DNA of 64,000 nucleotides from a virus (lineage: Duplodnaviria; Caudoviricetes), in the IMG/VR virus record IMGVR_UViG_3300044712_000363, positions 2,066-66,065 of that record; one strand, given 5' to 3'. Below the pieces are notes generated by a model, which was given only the letters and a program-made list of their open reading frames with translations, searched no databases and had not been told where the DNA came from. Position 1 is the stretch's first letter. The number at the start of each line of letters is the position of its first letter. Below, piece after piece: positions 47,077 through 57,176 of the stretch. The translations under genes and the position numbers were made by a program.

Positions 47077-47281
47077 TCACCTCTTTACCTACCCATTACC
47101 CAAAAGCAATGTTTCGTCCGTCTCACCGAATCAGCGTTTTTTCTCTGCCGCCGTATGTACTCAGATCTTGATATTTTCCTCATGTTTCATCCTCCTCCGG
47201 GATTTAGGTACTAAGTCTTACTTAATAATACTTACTATGAATACCCTTTTACTATTAAGATAGTCTTACTTAGGGATATAT

Positions 47282-47314
47282 AAAAAGGCCACCAGTTCCG
47301 CAACTGATGACCTT
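47282..47314 (-). terminator. terminator upstream of terS
   Basis: AAAGGTCATCAGTTG/TTCCGC-loop/ACTGGTGGCCTTTTT hairpin on -. Confidence 0.55.
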
Positions 47315-47606
47315 TGGTGTTCCTTAAAAACCATTGATCAACTCTCTTTGGAGTTTAGTGCAATGGCCTCACCCCCTTAGTTATATTCTTATAAACTCAG
47401 CATAACATAAAAACTCACTGAAAAAGTTCCACAAAAGTAACATTTTTTATTTTATAGGGTTTGCGCCTCCTTCTCCATCCGGATTATTGCCGAAAGAAGA
47501 ATATGGGCAATGCTAGTTATTTCCGCATCTGTCATCATTGGAGCAAGTTTGCGCATTAGTTCTAGCGTTTCGCGGACTTTCCATATTTCTGCTCGGTTGT
47601 TGTCAG

Positions 47607-48113
47607 TCATAATGGCGCCTCCTTAATTTTCTCCCTCCCATTTCTAAACCTATGCGGCAGCGTATCGTAAACAAACTGCAGCATCCGCATGTGTGCCCTC
47701 CAAAATGTCTGCTTTGAACAAAACAGAAACATCGAGTATATATGATAATCAGGCTGGATATGCTGGTAATACTTATGTCGCACGATCTGCACCGCGAGAT
47801 TTCCCCAATGCCCATCATGGACTAGTGCTTCCATGACCATATTGTATTCATCCAACTTGTCCTGTTTTTCCGCTAAGTGATATTTGAGAAAATCCAATCT
47901 TTCCTCGTAAGTATCCGTAAATTCCGCCCATGCCTCTATTTTTGATCCGCCGTCTCCGCCTGGTGCAAGGCTCATGGTTGATGTAATCCTTACATGTGCT
48001 TCCCGGCGTCCGACATGGTGTTCTATTGCTTTATTCAGGTTGATTATGGCAAGCTCCGTGGCTTTCATTGAATACAGGTATTTTTTTACTCGTTTCAATT
48101 CCTCTTTTGTCAA
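47607..48113 (-). CDS. late transcriptional activator (ArpU/RinA-like)
   Basis: Position upstream of terS; coiled coil plus C-terminal sigma4-like helices. Confidence 0.65.
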   Translation of the reverse strand: MTKEELKRVKKYLYSMKATELAIINLNKAIEHHVGRREAHVRITSTMSLAPGGDGGSKIEAWAEFTDTYEERLDFLKYHLAEKQDKLDEYNMVMEALVHDGHWGNLAVQIVRHKYYQHIQPDYHIYSMFLFCSKQTFWRAHMRMLQFVYDTLPHRFRNGREKIKEAPL

Positions 48114-48307
48114 CCCGACCCCTCCCTCGATATATGTCCCCCTTAATTCTCAAGATACACTTTTAAAATAGCCGCCACACCCAAGGTTATTGCACCACCA
48201 AAAAACGCCGTAAAGTATTGCCATTCATTTCCCGGCAGGTTGTACAGTGTCAATGTGATATAAGAACCTGCAAGCCCGATAAGTAAGTCTCGAACATAGC
48301 CCAACAT

Positions 48308-48748
48308 TTAATCGCCTCCTAATGTGGCAAGCAGGGCGGCTTTGCATATTGCTTCGGGGGATGTATCTGCACAAACAATGTGCCGTCCTATATTGTCATT
48401 TTGCACAAGTACATACCAGCACACAGTCCCTAGCGGATAACCTTCACTCGTTAAATAATGCGTGTTGGGTTTATATAGCGGCCCCGACCATTTAAAACCA
48501 TCTACAGGATAATTATTCATTCGCGCTGCCATCTTCTCCACTACTCCCCAAGCCGACGCAATGTCTGTGCTATAAGGCCAAATTGGACTCCGTTCTGCTT
48601 CTCCAACCGACATTTCCTGTTCGCATGGGTGATATGCCATATAACTCTTACCATTAGTCCAAATCCCTGTCCACCCCATAACCCTCTCAGCCACAAGCGC
48701 ATCCAACTCCCGCCCAGGCTCCATCACTAAAATATCTTCTCTGGTCAC
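48308..48748 (-). CDS. phage ABA-sandwich domain protein
   Basis: GRELDALVAE.VMGW, YSTDI..AW.VVEKM, PEAICKAAL. Confidence 0.8.
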   Translation of the reverse strand: MTREDILVMEPGRELDALVAERVMGWTGIWTNGKSYMAYHPCEQEMSVGEAERSPIWPYSTDIASAWGVVEKMAARMNNYPVDGFKWSGPLYKPNTHYLTSEGYPLGTVCWYVLVQNDNIGRHIVCADTSPEAICKAALLATLGGD

Positions 48749-48749
48749 C

Positions 48750-49001
48750 CTACTTCGCCCCCTTCAGCATGTTGCCTAGCCAGCAGTCGCTTACATGGCT
48801 ATATCTATACTCCCTACCGCAAACAGGGCAAAAACTATACATATCAAGCATGTCCCGCAAATTCTGCTTTAGTTCGTCCAGTTCTGCTATGGCATCCTGC
48901 ACAATATCACGATGATTAATATATGCTTCGTCTCCATCTGCAATAAAACCATATTCCTTTAATGCTTCCTCAATCTTTTTCATCCTACTCCCCTCCCTCA
49001 T
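48750..49001 (-). CDS. hypothetical Zn-binding protein
   Basis: CPVC...H..DCWL. Confidence 0.6.
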   Translation of the reverse strand: MREGSRMKKIEEALKEYGFIADGDEAYINHRDIVQDAIAELDELKQNLRDMLDMYSFCPVCGREYRYSHVSDCWLGNMLKGAK

Positions 49002-49132
49002 CCCACTTTCAGCAATCTAACCAAATGCTTGCATTTGCCCCTTCGCCTTTGGCTCAAGCACTTGGAATACATTTCATGACGGTACACGCCTCTGTTTTTC
49101 TTCAAGCACCATGCCGGGGCGTTAATCATGGG

Positions 49133-49882
49133 TTACACCGCCTTTGTTGATGGATTAGACAGTTTATCCAATTCATTCAAAAAGTTTTCTACGGATCTCC
49201 TCATCGACTTCAATGCGCCATAGCGACCATTAATTTCATCCATGCTCTCCGCAATTTTTAACCTTTCAGCCAACCCCTCGATATCAGTGTAATAATTTAA
49301 CTCTTGACCGGTGGCTTTTTTAAATTCATCGACCTTCTCTTTAAGTTTTTTAAAATTACCGGTTCTGGATTCGATTTCGTTGTTAAGCCGGCGCTCATAA
49401 TATTCCGTTATTTCTTGCGCGGCCTTATTTCTCGCTTCCTGTAGCGTCGCCTCGTCAACCTTACCTGCCGACCTAAGAACAGCGGCCATAAATTGCTTTG
49501 TCACTGGCTTGGGTTCCAATGCTTGCGCTTTCTTTTTAACCCACATTTTCCCGCTAATAAGTTCAATGATTCCCCAAGGTGTCGGAATATTATCCTCGTC
49601 CCTGATTAATCCTTCCGGCACCGCCAGCCACCACTCATTGCAATACTGAGCAACCGCTTCAGCCTTGTCGGGATTTTCAAGTTCCCGCTTTAAATCCTGC
49701 CGCGAAACCTTGATTTCAAAACCGAGAATCGCAAGCCCTCGGCTCGGATACATATTCATTGCTAATGCGTCAGCATGCCTCTTCGCGTTTCCACCTGTCC
49801 CATTGGCTACTTCAAAAAATAGGCACCATTCCGGCTGTTTATATCTCTCGCGCATTGCCGCACATATATCTGCCGATGTCAT
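49133..49882 (-). CDS. MmcB-like PD-(D/E)xK protein
   Basis: EV..GTG...R.ADA, GFEIKVSR.D...EL..P.K, WGI. Confidence 0.75.
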   Translation of the reverse strand: MTSADICAAMRERYKQPEWCLFFEVANGTGGNAKRHADALAMNMYPSRGLAILGFEIKVSRQDLKRELENPDKAEAVAQYCNEWWLAVPEGLIRDEDNIPTPWGIIELISGKMWVKKKAQALEPKPVTKQFMAAVLRSAGKVDEATLQEARNKAAQEITEYYERRLNNEIESRTGNFKKLKEKVDEFKKATGQELNYYTDIEGLAERLKIAESMDEINGRYGALKSMRRSVENFLNELDKLSNPSTKAV

Positions 49883-49885
49883 AAA

Positions 49886-50296
49886 TCACACCGCCTTTAT
49901 ATTAATTTCCACCCGCGGAACATCCGAATATCTCTTTACCCCCAACAATTCAACGACTTGGCTGTCATCGTTCCAAATGACACCTTTTAAAGCATCCTTG
50001 ATCCCTTTTATTACATTGTCAATATCCGGCTTCGTTATTGGTTTTATCTCGCCATCTATTGCTAAATTTCTTTTTTTGTTGCTAAATGACTTCGGTATGC
50101 TTTTATAAGCAATAACCGTCAATTGTAGTGGCCCTTCCAAGGGTTTTTCCGGCCTTACCTTTGACGCTGCATACCGAACAATGGATTTATAATTGGCAGA
50201 TTTCTCCGGGTCATACGCTTTTGCATGGCCGCTTATTGTTGTAAATTTCGGCCTTCCTTGCGCGACAGGTTCGCCATATACCGTGAACGTGATCAT
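49886..50296 (-). CDS. rusA: RusA Holliday junction resolvase
   Basis: KPDIDN..K...DAL.G..W.DDSQV. Confidence 0.92.
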   Translation of the reverse strand: MITFTVYGEPVAQGRPKFTTISGHAKAYDPEKSANYKSIVRYAASKVRPEKPLEGPLQLTVIAYKSIPKSFSNKKRNLAIDGEIKPITKPDIDNVIKGIKDALKGVIWNDDSQVVELLGVKRYSDVPRVEINIKAV

Positions 50297-50310
50297 CCAA
50301 CCCCTCCCTT

Positions 50311-50811
50311 TTAATCAAATATATCCGGCAATACTCGCGGATTATATACTCTCTCACTATCCACATGTTGCATTTCTTTTCGCATCTTGCCGTAAACCCC
50401 GTCTAATTCTTGCCAGATTCCTTTATGTTTGCCAATAAACTCCCCAAGTGGCTGAAGGACGCCTAAATTGTCCTTGGCTTCCCGCCGTCTCAAACTATAT
50501 TCTCGCAGTAACTTGAATACCTTGGTCCGTTTCTTTTGGTCTATTATTTGCTTTTCCGCCAAATGCCGGATGTCACCAAATGCCTGATCGCATAAATGGA
50601 CTTCTTGTTCCCAATATGCAATACTGTCGCCGATCTCTCTTGCTATCCGTCTGAATTCCTCCGTAGTTTCAAAAACCAGCTTGTATGTGATTTTATTGGT
50701 TTTCTCCACCGGCTTTATATTTGGCGCACCCTTTACTTGTTTTAATATTCTTTCTGCCACATCATCTTTTTTGGCCATTGCTTTCTCGAACATATTGGCT
50801 AATGGTGGCAT
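50311..50811 (-). CDS. coiled-coil hypothetical protein
   Basis: 166 aa, C-terminal Y.PRVL. Confidence 0.65.
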   Translation of the reverse strand: MPPLANMFEKAMAKKDDVAERILKQVKGAPNIKPVEKTNKITYKLVFETTEEFRRIAREIGDSIAYWEQEVHLCDQAFGDIRHLAEKQIIDQKKRTKVFKLLREYSLRRREAKDNLGVLQPLGEFIGKHKGIWQELDGVYGKMRKEMQHVDSERVYNPRVLPDIFD

Positions 50812-50855
50812 TTCATTACCCTCCCCCTAATCATTTACCGGTTAATAGATTGTTT

Positions 50856-51359
50856 TTATATTTCGTTCAATCTAGCAAACTCACCATGATATTTGATTGC
50901 TGCTACGTTGTAAGCCTTGGCCGCTTCTATTTCGTTTTTAAAAAACCCAATGTTGTGTTGTTTTTTATTGTGAACAATACATGCAAGCCAAGTGGTTTGG
51001 GTACACTTATACACGCCTTTATATTTCGATGATTTTTTATAGGAGGAACCGCGTTTATTTAGGTTATTTTCAGCTATTGTACATAATCTTAAATTACATC
51101 TCCTGTTGTCCAATTTATTACCGTTAATGTGATCAACATATACGCCATCAGACGGCTTCATTATCATCCTGTGCATAAGTATAGTTTTTTGTTTTCCATC
51201 CAATTCCACTATTGTAATTACGTATCTATTTGCTTCACAAAATTTATTTGCCACTTTCCAAGTATACTTATTGAGCCATTCATAATCTTCTTCGTCGACC
51301 ACGGCCACAAAACCGCCATTTAATTTTATGTTATTCACAACATCACCTCGTTCAAACAA
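50856..51359 (-). CDS. HNH endonuclease with AP2 domain
   Basis: MHR.I, DHINGNKLDNRRCNLR, S.YKGV, AA.AYN.AA...HGEFA.LN. Confidence 0.92.
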   Translation of the reverse strand: MFERGDVVNNIKLNGGFVAVVDEEDYEWLNKYTWKVANKFCEANRYVITIVELDGKQKTILMHRMIMKPSDGVYVDHINGNKLDNRRCNLRLCTIAENNLNKRGSSYKKSSKYKGVYKCTQTTWLACIVHNKKQHNIGFFKNEIEAAKAYNVAAIKYHGEFARLNEI

Positions 51360-51448
51360 TGTTATTTTGCCTCTCTAAGCCCTTTTCTTTGTCCTAAATC
51401 ATTTCCCTTGGAAGAACATTTGTTCGTTGACCCTGACTTAAAATTCGC

Positions 51449-51640
51449 CTAACTGAGAATATTATAGACAACCTTCTTTCTCCCCGCAGGATGATTTTTC
51501 GGCATCCCGCGCCGTTCTCTCCATCTGGTTATGGTTTGTTGGCAACATTTGCATATAAAAGCTATTTTATGATCTGACAGGCCGTTATAATATAACTCTT
51601 CCCGCTTCTGTTCTTCTTGTTTGTTTAAAACTCTGCCCAT
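51449..51640 (-). CDS. small HTH protein
   Basis: LYYNGLSDHKIA......TI..WR.R.G. Confidence 0.6.
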   Translation of the reverse strand: MGRVLNKQEEQKREELYYNGLSDHKIAFICKCCQQTITRWRERRGMPKNHPAGRKKVVYNILS

Positions 51641-51641
51641 A

Positions 51642-52127
51642 TCAATAACCCTCCGGCCACTCGTTTTTGTAGGTTGGGCCGGGGGAGGCGGAGAGGGCTT
51701 TTTCGATATCTCGATATACAGTCCAAAAAGGATGCTTGCCCTCGGCAATTCTTTGGTATCTATTTGCTTCTCCCAAATCAATTAAAGCCTTCTCCAACGC
51801 CGCCCTATACACTGCCTCCCGCGCCTCTGCCTCTGCCGCCTCAATTAGTGCGGACACCGGGCCGGGTGGGGTGGAATATAATAATTCGCGAATTTCGTTA
51901 TATTTTTCAACAGTGCGATAATTGTGAAACATATGAAGATACTCCAACGCCGCCCTATATTGCGCCTCTCTTGCCTCCGCCTCTGCCGCCCTTGCTTCTG
52001 CTGCTTGGAGTTGTTGCTGGAGGGCTATTTCTCCACGTGCTTTCTTACAATGCCGACATAGTTCTTTATCAAATGCCGATGTGGCCGAAATCCTATACCA
52101 CACAAACTCATGCTTGCACTCACTCAA
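51642..52127 (-). CDS. hypothetical protein with internal duplication
   Basis: AAEAEARE..YRAALE occurs twice. Confidence 0.6.
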   Translation of the reverse strand: MSECKHEFVWYRISATSAFDKELCRHCKKARGEIALQQQLQAAEARAAEAEAREAQYRAALEYLHMFHNYRTVEKYNEIRELLYSTPPGPVSALIEAAEAEAREAVYRAALEKALIDLGEANRYQRIAEGKHPFWTVYRDIEKALSASPGPTYKNEWPEGY

Positions 52128-52323
52128 ACCTTCCCGCCTCCCTTTGAAATTGCTCTATCTTCCACATAGTTTGGGCACATATATTTGGGAACACTCTCCC
52201 AAAACCCCGCATTATTGCCCCTGCATCCCTCAACAACCCCTCCGCCTCCGTTAGCCGGGATTGGAGGGCGGTGTTTTGTTTCTCTAGTTCTTTGTTTTTC
52301 CGCATGAGCATTAGTGGAATCAT
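52120..52323 (-). CDS. hypothetical protein
   Basis: 67-aa ORF. Confidence 0.5.
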   Translation of the reverse strand: MIPLMLMRKNKELEKQNTALQSRLTEAEGLLRDAGAIMRGFGRVFPNICAQTMWKIEQFQREAGRFE

Positions 52324-52327
52324 TCCC

Positions 52328-52516
52328 TCATCCTCCCTCTTTAGGTGACTCTATTCGCATCCAATGGGTAATATCATCATTTTCGCGCCGCCCATTTATC
52401 CAAAAACCATTCCCAATAGTATTAAAATAAGCCGTATCTAAGCCGTAACAATCATGGTAAACCACTACCGTCCCGGATTTCTCCGGCAACCTCTCGTTAA
52501 CCTTAATCCAGTCCAT
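52328..52516 (-). CDS. DUF551-like protein
   Basis: WIKVNERLPE...ITHWM. Confidence 0.75.
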   Translation of the reverse strand: MDWIKVNERLPEKSGTVVVYHDCYGLDTAYFNTIGNGFWINGRRENDDITHWMRIESPKEGG

Positions 52517-52684
52517 AATCCCCCCTCCTTGGCTATGCACTCTTATACCCGCAGAATATATACCGAATCGCCGGTGCGTTCATCAGCACCTGGGCCCTGT
52601 AATTCCGGCAATGGGCGCAGCCTGAACATTTTACGACTGAAAGAGTGGTGTTGGTTTTGGGGCAGGTGTCCTTGCCTTTGATTT

Positions 52685-53260
52685 TCAAGTTGTTTGCCTC
52701 CCTGTTGATGTTAGGCTTCCCGGCAAATTCATATTGCCAGGAATAAATACTATTCCATTGGCTTCAAGCCGGCGCAATACTTCTCCGTCAATGGACTTTT
52801 CTTTCCTGCGCTTACAAGCTGCATCGTAAAGTTTCAGGAATTGCCCTCTAGCAACACCGATATCATCCGTCTTGGTTTCGCATAGGTTAACCCACCCCAT
52901 AGACCGGGCCGCCTGTTCTATTTCCGGCGTACTAAATAACGGCTTTTTAGTGGTGAAAGCGGTTTCCTGCATCTGTTTTAAAACTTCGTCCCATGCCTCG
53001 TCTGGAGATTTTATTTTCGTGTCGGTCACAGTCTGGATCATGTTTGTGGCTTCTGCGCGAATCCGGGCGATAGACGGGAAATAGTCGCAGGTGTTGATGC
53101 ACTTTAGGACTGCGGCATTTAATGCGCCAAAGTCGATGTCAGACAAGGCTCTGGCGTATAAATCAAGCGTGTCCTTGGTTATTTTCAGATTCGGGTATGC
53201 TAATACAAGGGGTTTCAGCACCTTGAAGATTCGGGCTAATTGCTCATTATCCACATTCAT
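52685..53260 (-). CDS. helicase loader/inhibitor (G39P-like)
   Basis: AYP, FPSIA.IR, AW.EV, GW..LC, R.QF...Y; follows initiator. Confidence 0.75.
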   Translation of the reverse strand: MNVDNEQLARIFKVLKPLVLAYPNLKITKDTLDLYARALSDIDFGALNAAVLKCINTCDYFPSIARIRAEATNMIQTVTDTKIKSPDEAWDEVLKQMQETAFTTKKPLFSTPEIEQAARSMGWVNLCETKTDDIGVARGQFLKLYDAACKRRKEKSIDGEVLRRLEANGIVFIPGNMNLPGSLTSTGRQTT

Positions 53261-53972
53261 ACCCCCTTATCAATTCATCGATGGCAGATGCGGGATCGTT
53301 TTTCTTGGGTATGTTCTTTGGCAGTACCGCATCAATAACCCATGACAAGATAGCTCTGTAGTCAGACTTATACGTCCGGCCAGATGCTCCTTTATGATTG
53401 TCCAGCTTTTGAATAAAGCGGTCTGTCATTTCTTCGCCATATTGTTCGACTAATTTGCCATGTTCAATCTGAGTCATTTTTACAAACTCGGCGTATTGAA
53501 TTCTATTATCGGGTTTTTTTCGGGTACAAGTACGCGAGTCGCGTTTTCCGTTTTCAATGATGAGGGATTCAGTAATAGGGTTAAGGGATTCAGCCGGATT
53601 CGGACTGTCTTTGGACTGTCTTTGTATGATATTTGCACCCGAGTCCTCACTACACTCTGGAATTTTACTTTCTGGTTCGTTTTTATGGGGGTTTTGATGG
53701 TCTAAAAATGTAGGAATTTCAAGGTATTGGGCATTGTCAACTTCATAAAGGATAATAAACCCATGCTCAGTTAATTGGTAAATAAGTGCATCAATCTCGC
53801 AGTCATCATAAGGCAAAATCTCAGCCTTAATTCGCTTTGGTCTGTATTCCATACGTCCTTCTTTATCCGCAATAGTCCAAAGACCAGCAAAAAGAATCCG
53901 TGCTAATGGGTCGCATTCTGCTAATTCTTCGTTTTTAAAGAACCCTGGTTTAATGTTCCTTGCCCTTGCCAT
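53247..53972 (-). CDS. phage replication initiator
   Basis: MARARNIKPGFF, LW..AD.EGR, F..HQ; C-terminal YKSDY.AI..W. Confidence 0.85.
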   Translation of the reverse strand: MARARNIKPGFFKNEELAECDPLARILFAGLWTIADKEGRMEYRPKRIKAEILPYDDCEIDALIYQLTEHGFIILYEVDNAQYLEIPTFLDHQNPHKNEPESKIPECSEDSGANIIQRQSKDSPNPAESLNPITESLIIENGKRDSRTCTRKKPDNRIQYAEFVKMTQIEHGKLVEQYGEEMTDRFIQKLDNHKGASGRTYKSDYRAILSWVIDAVLPKNIPKKNDPASAIDELIRGYECG

Positions 53973-54004
53973 TCTCCGATCCCCCTCAAACTAAACAAAT
54001 CACT

Positions 54005-54412
54005 TCAAACATTCCGCAATCCCGGACATGACATATTCCACACACGGTATTGCCACACTATTTCCCAGTGCCTTATATCGTGCCGTGTCGCTCCCGCCGG
54101 CGGTGTATTTGCCCGGATATCCCTCCGGATTCGTTTAGCCACGACGGTCTGGCTAAGATGATATAGTTCACCGATCTTGTGGGTACTGAGTCCGTATTCA
54201 TGGAGTTTCAGCAGTGTTTCGTCGGTCAAGTCGGCCTTAGTCATCCTTTTGCAATCTTTCATAATTTGCGGCATACCCCAGCCTTCCGCAATGGCCTCCG
54301 TAGGTGTAGGGAAATGTCCTTGCATCACTTTTACCTCCCCTGCGGCTTTCGTCCCGTTTTCTCGTTCCCACATTTCTATATTCAGTTTTGGGGTTCGGTC
54401 TCTGCCGAACAT
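54005..54412 (-). CDS. HTH-containing hypothetical protein
   Basis: GLSTHKIGELYHLSQTVV. Confidence 0.5.
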   Translation of the reverse strand: MFGRDRTPKLNIEMWERENGTKAAGEVKVMQGHFPTPTEAIAEGWGMPQIMKDCKRMTKADLTDETLLKLHEYGLSTHKIGELYHLSQTVVAKRIRRDIRANTPPAGATRHDIRHWEIVWQYRVWNMSCPGLRNV

Positions 54413-54416
54413 TTGA

Positions 54417-55292
54417 TCACCCCGTTTTCATATGCGACCTTATTGCTGCGGGTCTACTCCATGTACGCGCAAAATCTTCCCATTCTTCAGAATATGTTTT
54501 CCTTATATGTTGCGGAGGTTGATATAGTTGCGCGAATGGCATAGCACCAAGTTCATAAATTTGCATTAATCTTGCTTCGTTTTCTTTCATATCATCGCCG
54601 ATCAGTACATAGCACCTTATTTTATTTCTTGCCGGTTCTCCTTTTTTGCCACTTTTACAGTCTTTTGTTAACAAATCAATCCCACCGGCATGAAGCATTT
54701 TAATGGCCTTTTCAAGCGGTTTTAAAGCAAATTTAGTATCACAGGCTAGGAATATTTCATGTAAATCTAGATTACGCATTTCGTTTACATCCCACTCAGT
54801 AAGTTGTGCTGATTCAATTCCACCGCTAAAAGTTACATCTTTTTGAGTTTTTAGCATGTCATATGCTCTGCGCCTTTGATATTTAGAGCATTGAGCAAAT
54901 GCGTTGTCTTGGATGGTATTGCCGGGGCATATAACATCTAATTCACGCAATCTACCTTCCCTGCGCCACACTAAACAGTGAGGACATTGATTATTACAGC
55001 CTTTGCTTACAAAGGTAACTCCCCATTTTAAATATCTACCAGGGACGAAAATCCCATCATTAGGATCATCAAATGCGGGGCCTCCTAATTTCACGGGCTT
55101 ACTTGTATGATCTTGCCAACTTGCTTGCAAATACTTTGCTTTTTCAATGTCCCATGTAAATATAGTAACTATATGGATTTCGTCATGTTCGGGTATCGGG
55201 AACATCCCAGGCACATCAAAAAAACAATATTCATCATCAGGAGTTAACTTTGTCTTAGTAGGAAATACCCGAATAATCCGCAATTCCCTCAC
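54417..55292 (-). CDS. radical SAM-like protein
   Basis: SKGCNNQCPHCLV..REG, QDN, YVLIG, PFAQ. Confidence 0.75.
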   Translation of the reverse strand: MRELRIIRVFPTKTKLTPDDEYCFFDVPGMFPIPEHDEIHIVTIFTWDIEKAKYLQASWQDHTSKPVKLGGPAFDDPNDGIFVPGRYLKWGVTFVSKGCNNQCPHCLVWRREGRLRELDVICPGNTIQDNAFAQCSKYQRRRAYDMLKTQKDVTFSGGIESAQLTEWDVNEMRNLDLHEIFLACDTKFALKPLEKAIKMLHAGGIDLLTKDCKSGKKGEPARNKIRCYVLIGDDMKENEARLMQIYELGAMPFAQLYQPPQHIRKTYSEEWEDFARTWSRPAAIRSHMKTG

Positions 55293-55348
55293 CCCCGCAT
55301 AAAACGAATGGATTTAGGGCAGACTGGTATCGTCCGCCCCCTGTGCAT

Positions 55349-55597
55349 TTACCCGGCCTTTACTGACTCCGCGCATCCGGCGCATAAGCCGATATGTCCT
55401 ACATGGTGAGTAATCCTGTTCTGCCCACATGCGGCGCATAACGGTCCCGCGTATTTGCGTACCCGGATTTCATTACCGATGACGAAGATTTCCACGTCGT
55501 CGCCATTGTTGATGTCTAAAGCCCTTCGGTACTCCTTGGGAATAACCGCCCTGCCTAAATCGTCGATCTTGCGAACTATGCCTGTAGATTCAATCAT
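55349..55597 (-). CDS. AbrB-family regulator
   Basis: TGIVRKIDDLGR.VIPKE.RR.L; C-terminal Zn finger. Confidence 0.9.
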   Translation of the reverse strand: MIESTGIVRKIDDLGRAVIPKEYRRALDINNGDDVEIFVIGNEIRVRKYAGPLCAACGQNRITHHVGHIGLCAGCAESVKAG

Positions 55598-55599
55598 TT

Positions 55600-56121
55600 T
55601 TATGCCTCCTTATTTTCTTGACTACATGTCATAAATTTTTTTCGAGCCTCGATTGCTGCTAGTTTTGCAGAGATTATGTCATTGAATACGCCAATATGAT
55701 ATTGCCTTCCATTAACCTGAACCCTTACTCGCCATTTATTTAACTTTTTCATCCAATCCACGCCTCGTATACCGGTTCGCGAATCTTTGCGTACACTTTT
55801 TGGGTTTTGCATATTTTCTGAATGAGTTATACTTCTGAGTTTGCTCTTTCTATTATCGAGAGTGTCATGATAGATGTGATCGACATCGATTCCATCACGG
55901 GCCCCGAGTATAATCCTATGAAGAAGAATGGTTTTGCCTTCGTGATTAGCTTTTACGTAATATGAATTTGTTTCTTTATTCCAAGAAGCACTCCATGAAC
56001 AGTTATATTTTTTCAACATTGGCAAATCGGCAGTATCAATCAGTGTTTCAATTATTTGACCATTCCTACGCTTTAAAAATATCGCTGTAGTATCGCCCCT
56101 GATTTCATGCCGATTTTTCAT
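55600..56121 (-). CDS. HNH endonuclease with AP2 domain
   Basis: LHRII, VDHI..DTLDNRK..LR, TGIRGV. Confidence 0.88.
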   Translation of the reverse strand: MKNRHEIRGDTTAIFLKRRNGQIIETLIDTADLPMLKKYNCSWSASWNKETNSYYVKANHEGKTILLHRIILGARDGIDVDHIYHDTLDNRKSKLRSITHSENMQNPKSVRKDSRTGIRGVDWMKKLNKWRVRVQVNGRQYHIGVFNDIISAKLAAIEARKKFMTCSQENKEA

Positions 56122-56142
56122 AAATTTTATCCTCCCTCTCTC

Positions 56143-56562
56143 TCAAATCACGTCCTTATAATTCCTGCCCGTACATATCCCACTTATCACCGTTGGACTG
56201 GTCCCGTAATCCGCGGCAATCTTCCTCTGAGGTTCCCCGTTCTTGGCCCGCTTCCGAATTTCAATAACCTGTGCATTTGAGAACTGTCGCTTATTCGACT
56301 TCTTCTTTGGCCCCCACTTAGCCGCAATAGACGGTTCAGTCTCAATGATCCGCACAACGGTTTCCGGTTCACGTTTACGCATCGGGCATGATCTTGGCGC
56401 TACCGCCCGGGGAATACCGTCCTGCGTGTTGTATGCTGCCAGGACCGGGATTATGATATCACCGCATTTGATGACGGAGTCAAATTTACTGTAGATTATC
56501 TGCCCTTGTGGGCAGATTTCGTCGCCGTGTAGACAGTACATAGGATCAACCTCCAAATACAT
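56143..56562 (-). CDS. HTH domain protein
   Basis: V.EIR...G..QRKIA..YG.S...IS.I. Confidence 0.65.
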   Translation of the reverse strand: MYLEVDPMYCLHGDEICPQGQIIYSKFDSVIKCGDIIIPVLAAYNTQDGIPRAVAPRSCPMRKREPETVVRIIETEPSIAAKWGPKKKSNKRQFSNAQVIEIRKRAKNGEPQRKIAADYGTSPTVISGICTGRNYKDVI

Positions 56563-56815
56563 GAAACATCAGATCTCCGCCGTAAAGTTTTACTGTACCT
56601 AAAAATTGCCAATGTCTAGCCATGTCAGGAAGTTCATGTCCGGTACCATAAATGCCATAGGGGACTGTGGTTATACAAAGATTCTCCAAATCAATCAAGG
56701 CATACATGACAATGCTTTCCCTCTGGTTCTCGACGGATAGCGATTTAACAAAACCACGAATCTTTAATTCCCCGTTTTCTGTTGGCGCAAGGGTAAATTT
56801 ATGAATTGTTAACAT
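56546..56815 (-). CDS. hypothetical phage protein
   Basis: GTGH, FLGTV, L.FHVF. Confidence 0.65.
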   Translation of the reverse strand: MLTIHKFTLAPTENGELKIRGFVKSLSVENQRESIVMYALIDLENLCITTVPYGIYGTGHELPDMARHWQFLGTVKLYGGDLMFHVFGG

Positions 56816-56818
56816 GTA

Positions 56819-57163
56819 CTAACCTCCCCCTATAGCGTGCTTCCAAGGCTGGTTATATTGCCGTTGTGAAAAATCAGGCAGGACTATTGGTTTATCCAGT
56901 TCAATGATTGCAGATCGTTCGCATTGCCTTGCACACCATTTATTATGCTTTTTTGTTTTCGGTTTTCCGTGACCACCCTCAAAACAGCCATTACATTCAG
57001 GAGCAATATCAACTTCGCCGTCAGCTAGAAACGCATAATCATCGGCGTCGTTTTCATCAAATTTAATGCTTGGCCGTTCGCAAATACCAAAAGCTTTGTC
57101 GCATTTACCGTCACAAACTAATAGGGTGGGTTGTTTGTTAGAGGTGATGTTGGTAACTAGCAT
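56819..57163 (-). CDS. Cys-rich hypothetical protein
   Basis: CDGKCDKAFG, NKWC.RQCERS. Confidence 0.65.
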   Translation of the reverse strand: MLVTNITSNKQPTLLVCDGKCDKAFGICERPSIKFDENDADDYAFLADGEVDIAPECNGCFEGGHGKPKTKKHNKWCARQCERSAIIELDKPIVLPDFSQRQYNQPWKHAIGGG

Positions 57164-57176
57164 AAACTTCCTCCTG

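Noticed and set aside
51790-51990. Direct repeat CTCCAACGCCGCCCTATA
   Set aside because: Explained by an internal protein duplication, not an att site or array
53560-53602. GGATTC repeats in the initiator gene as origin iterons
   Set aside because: Plausible location, but the repeats are short and few; not enough support
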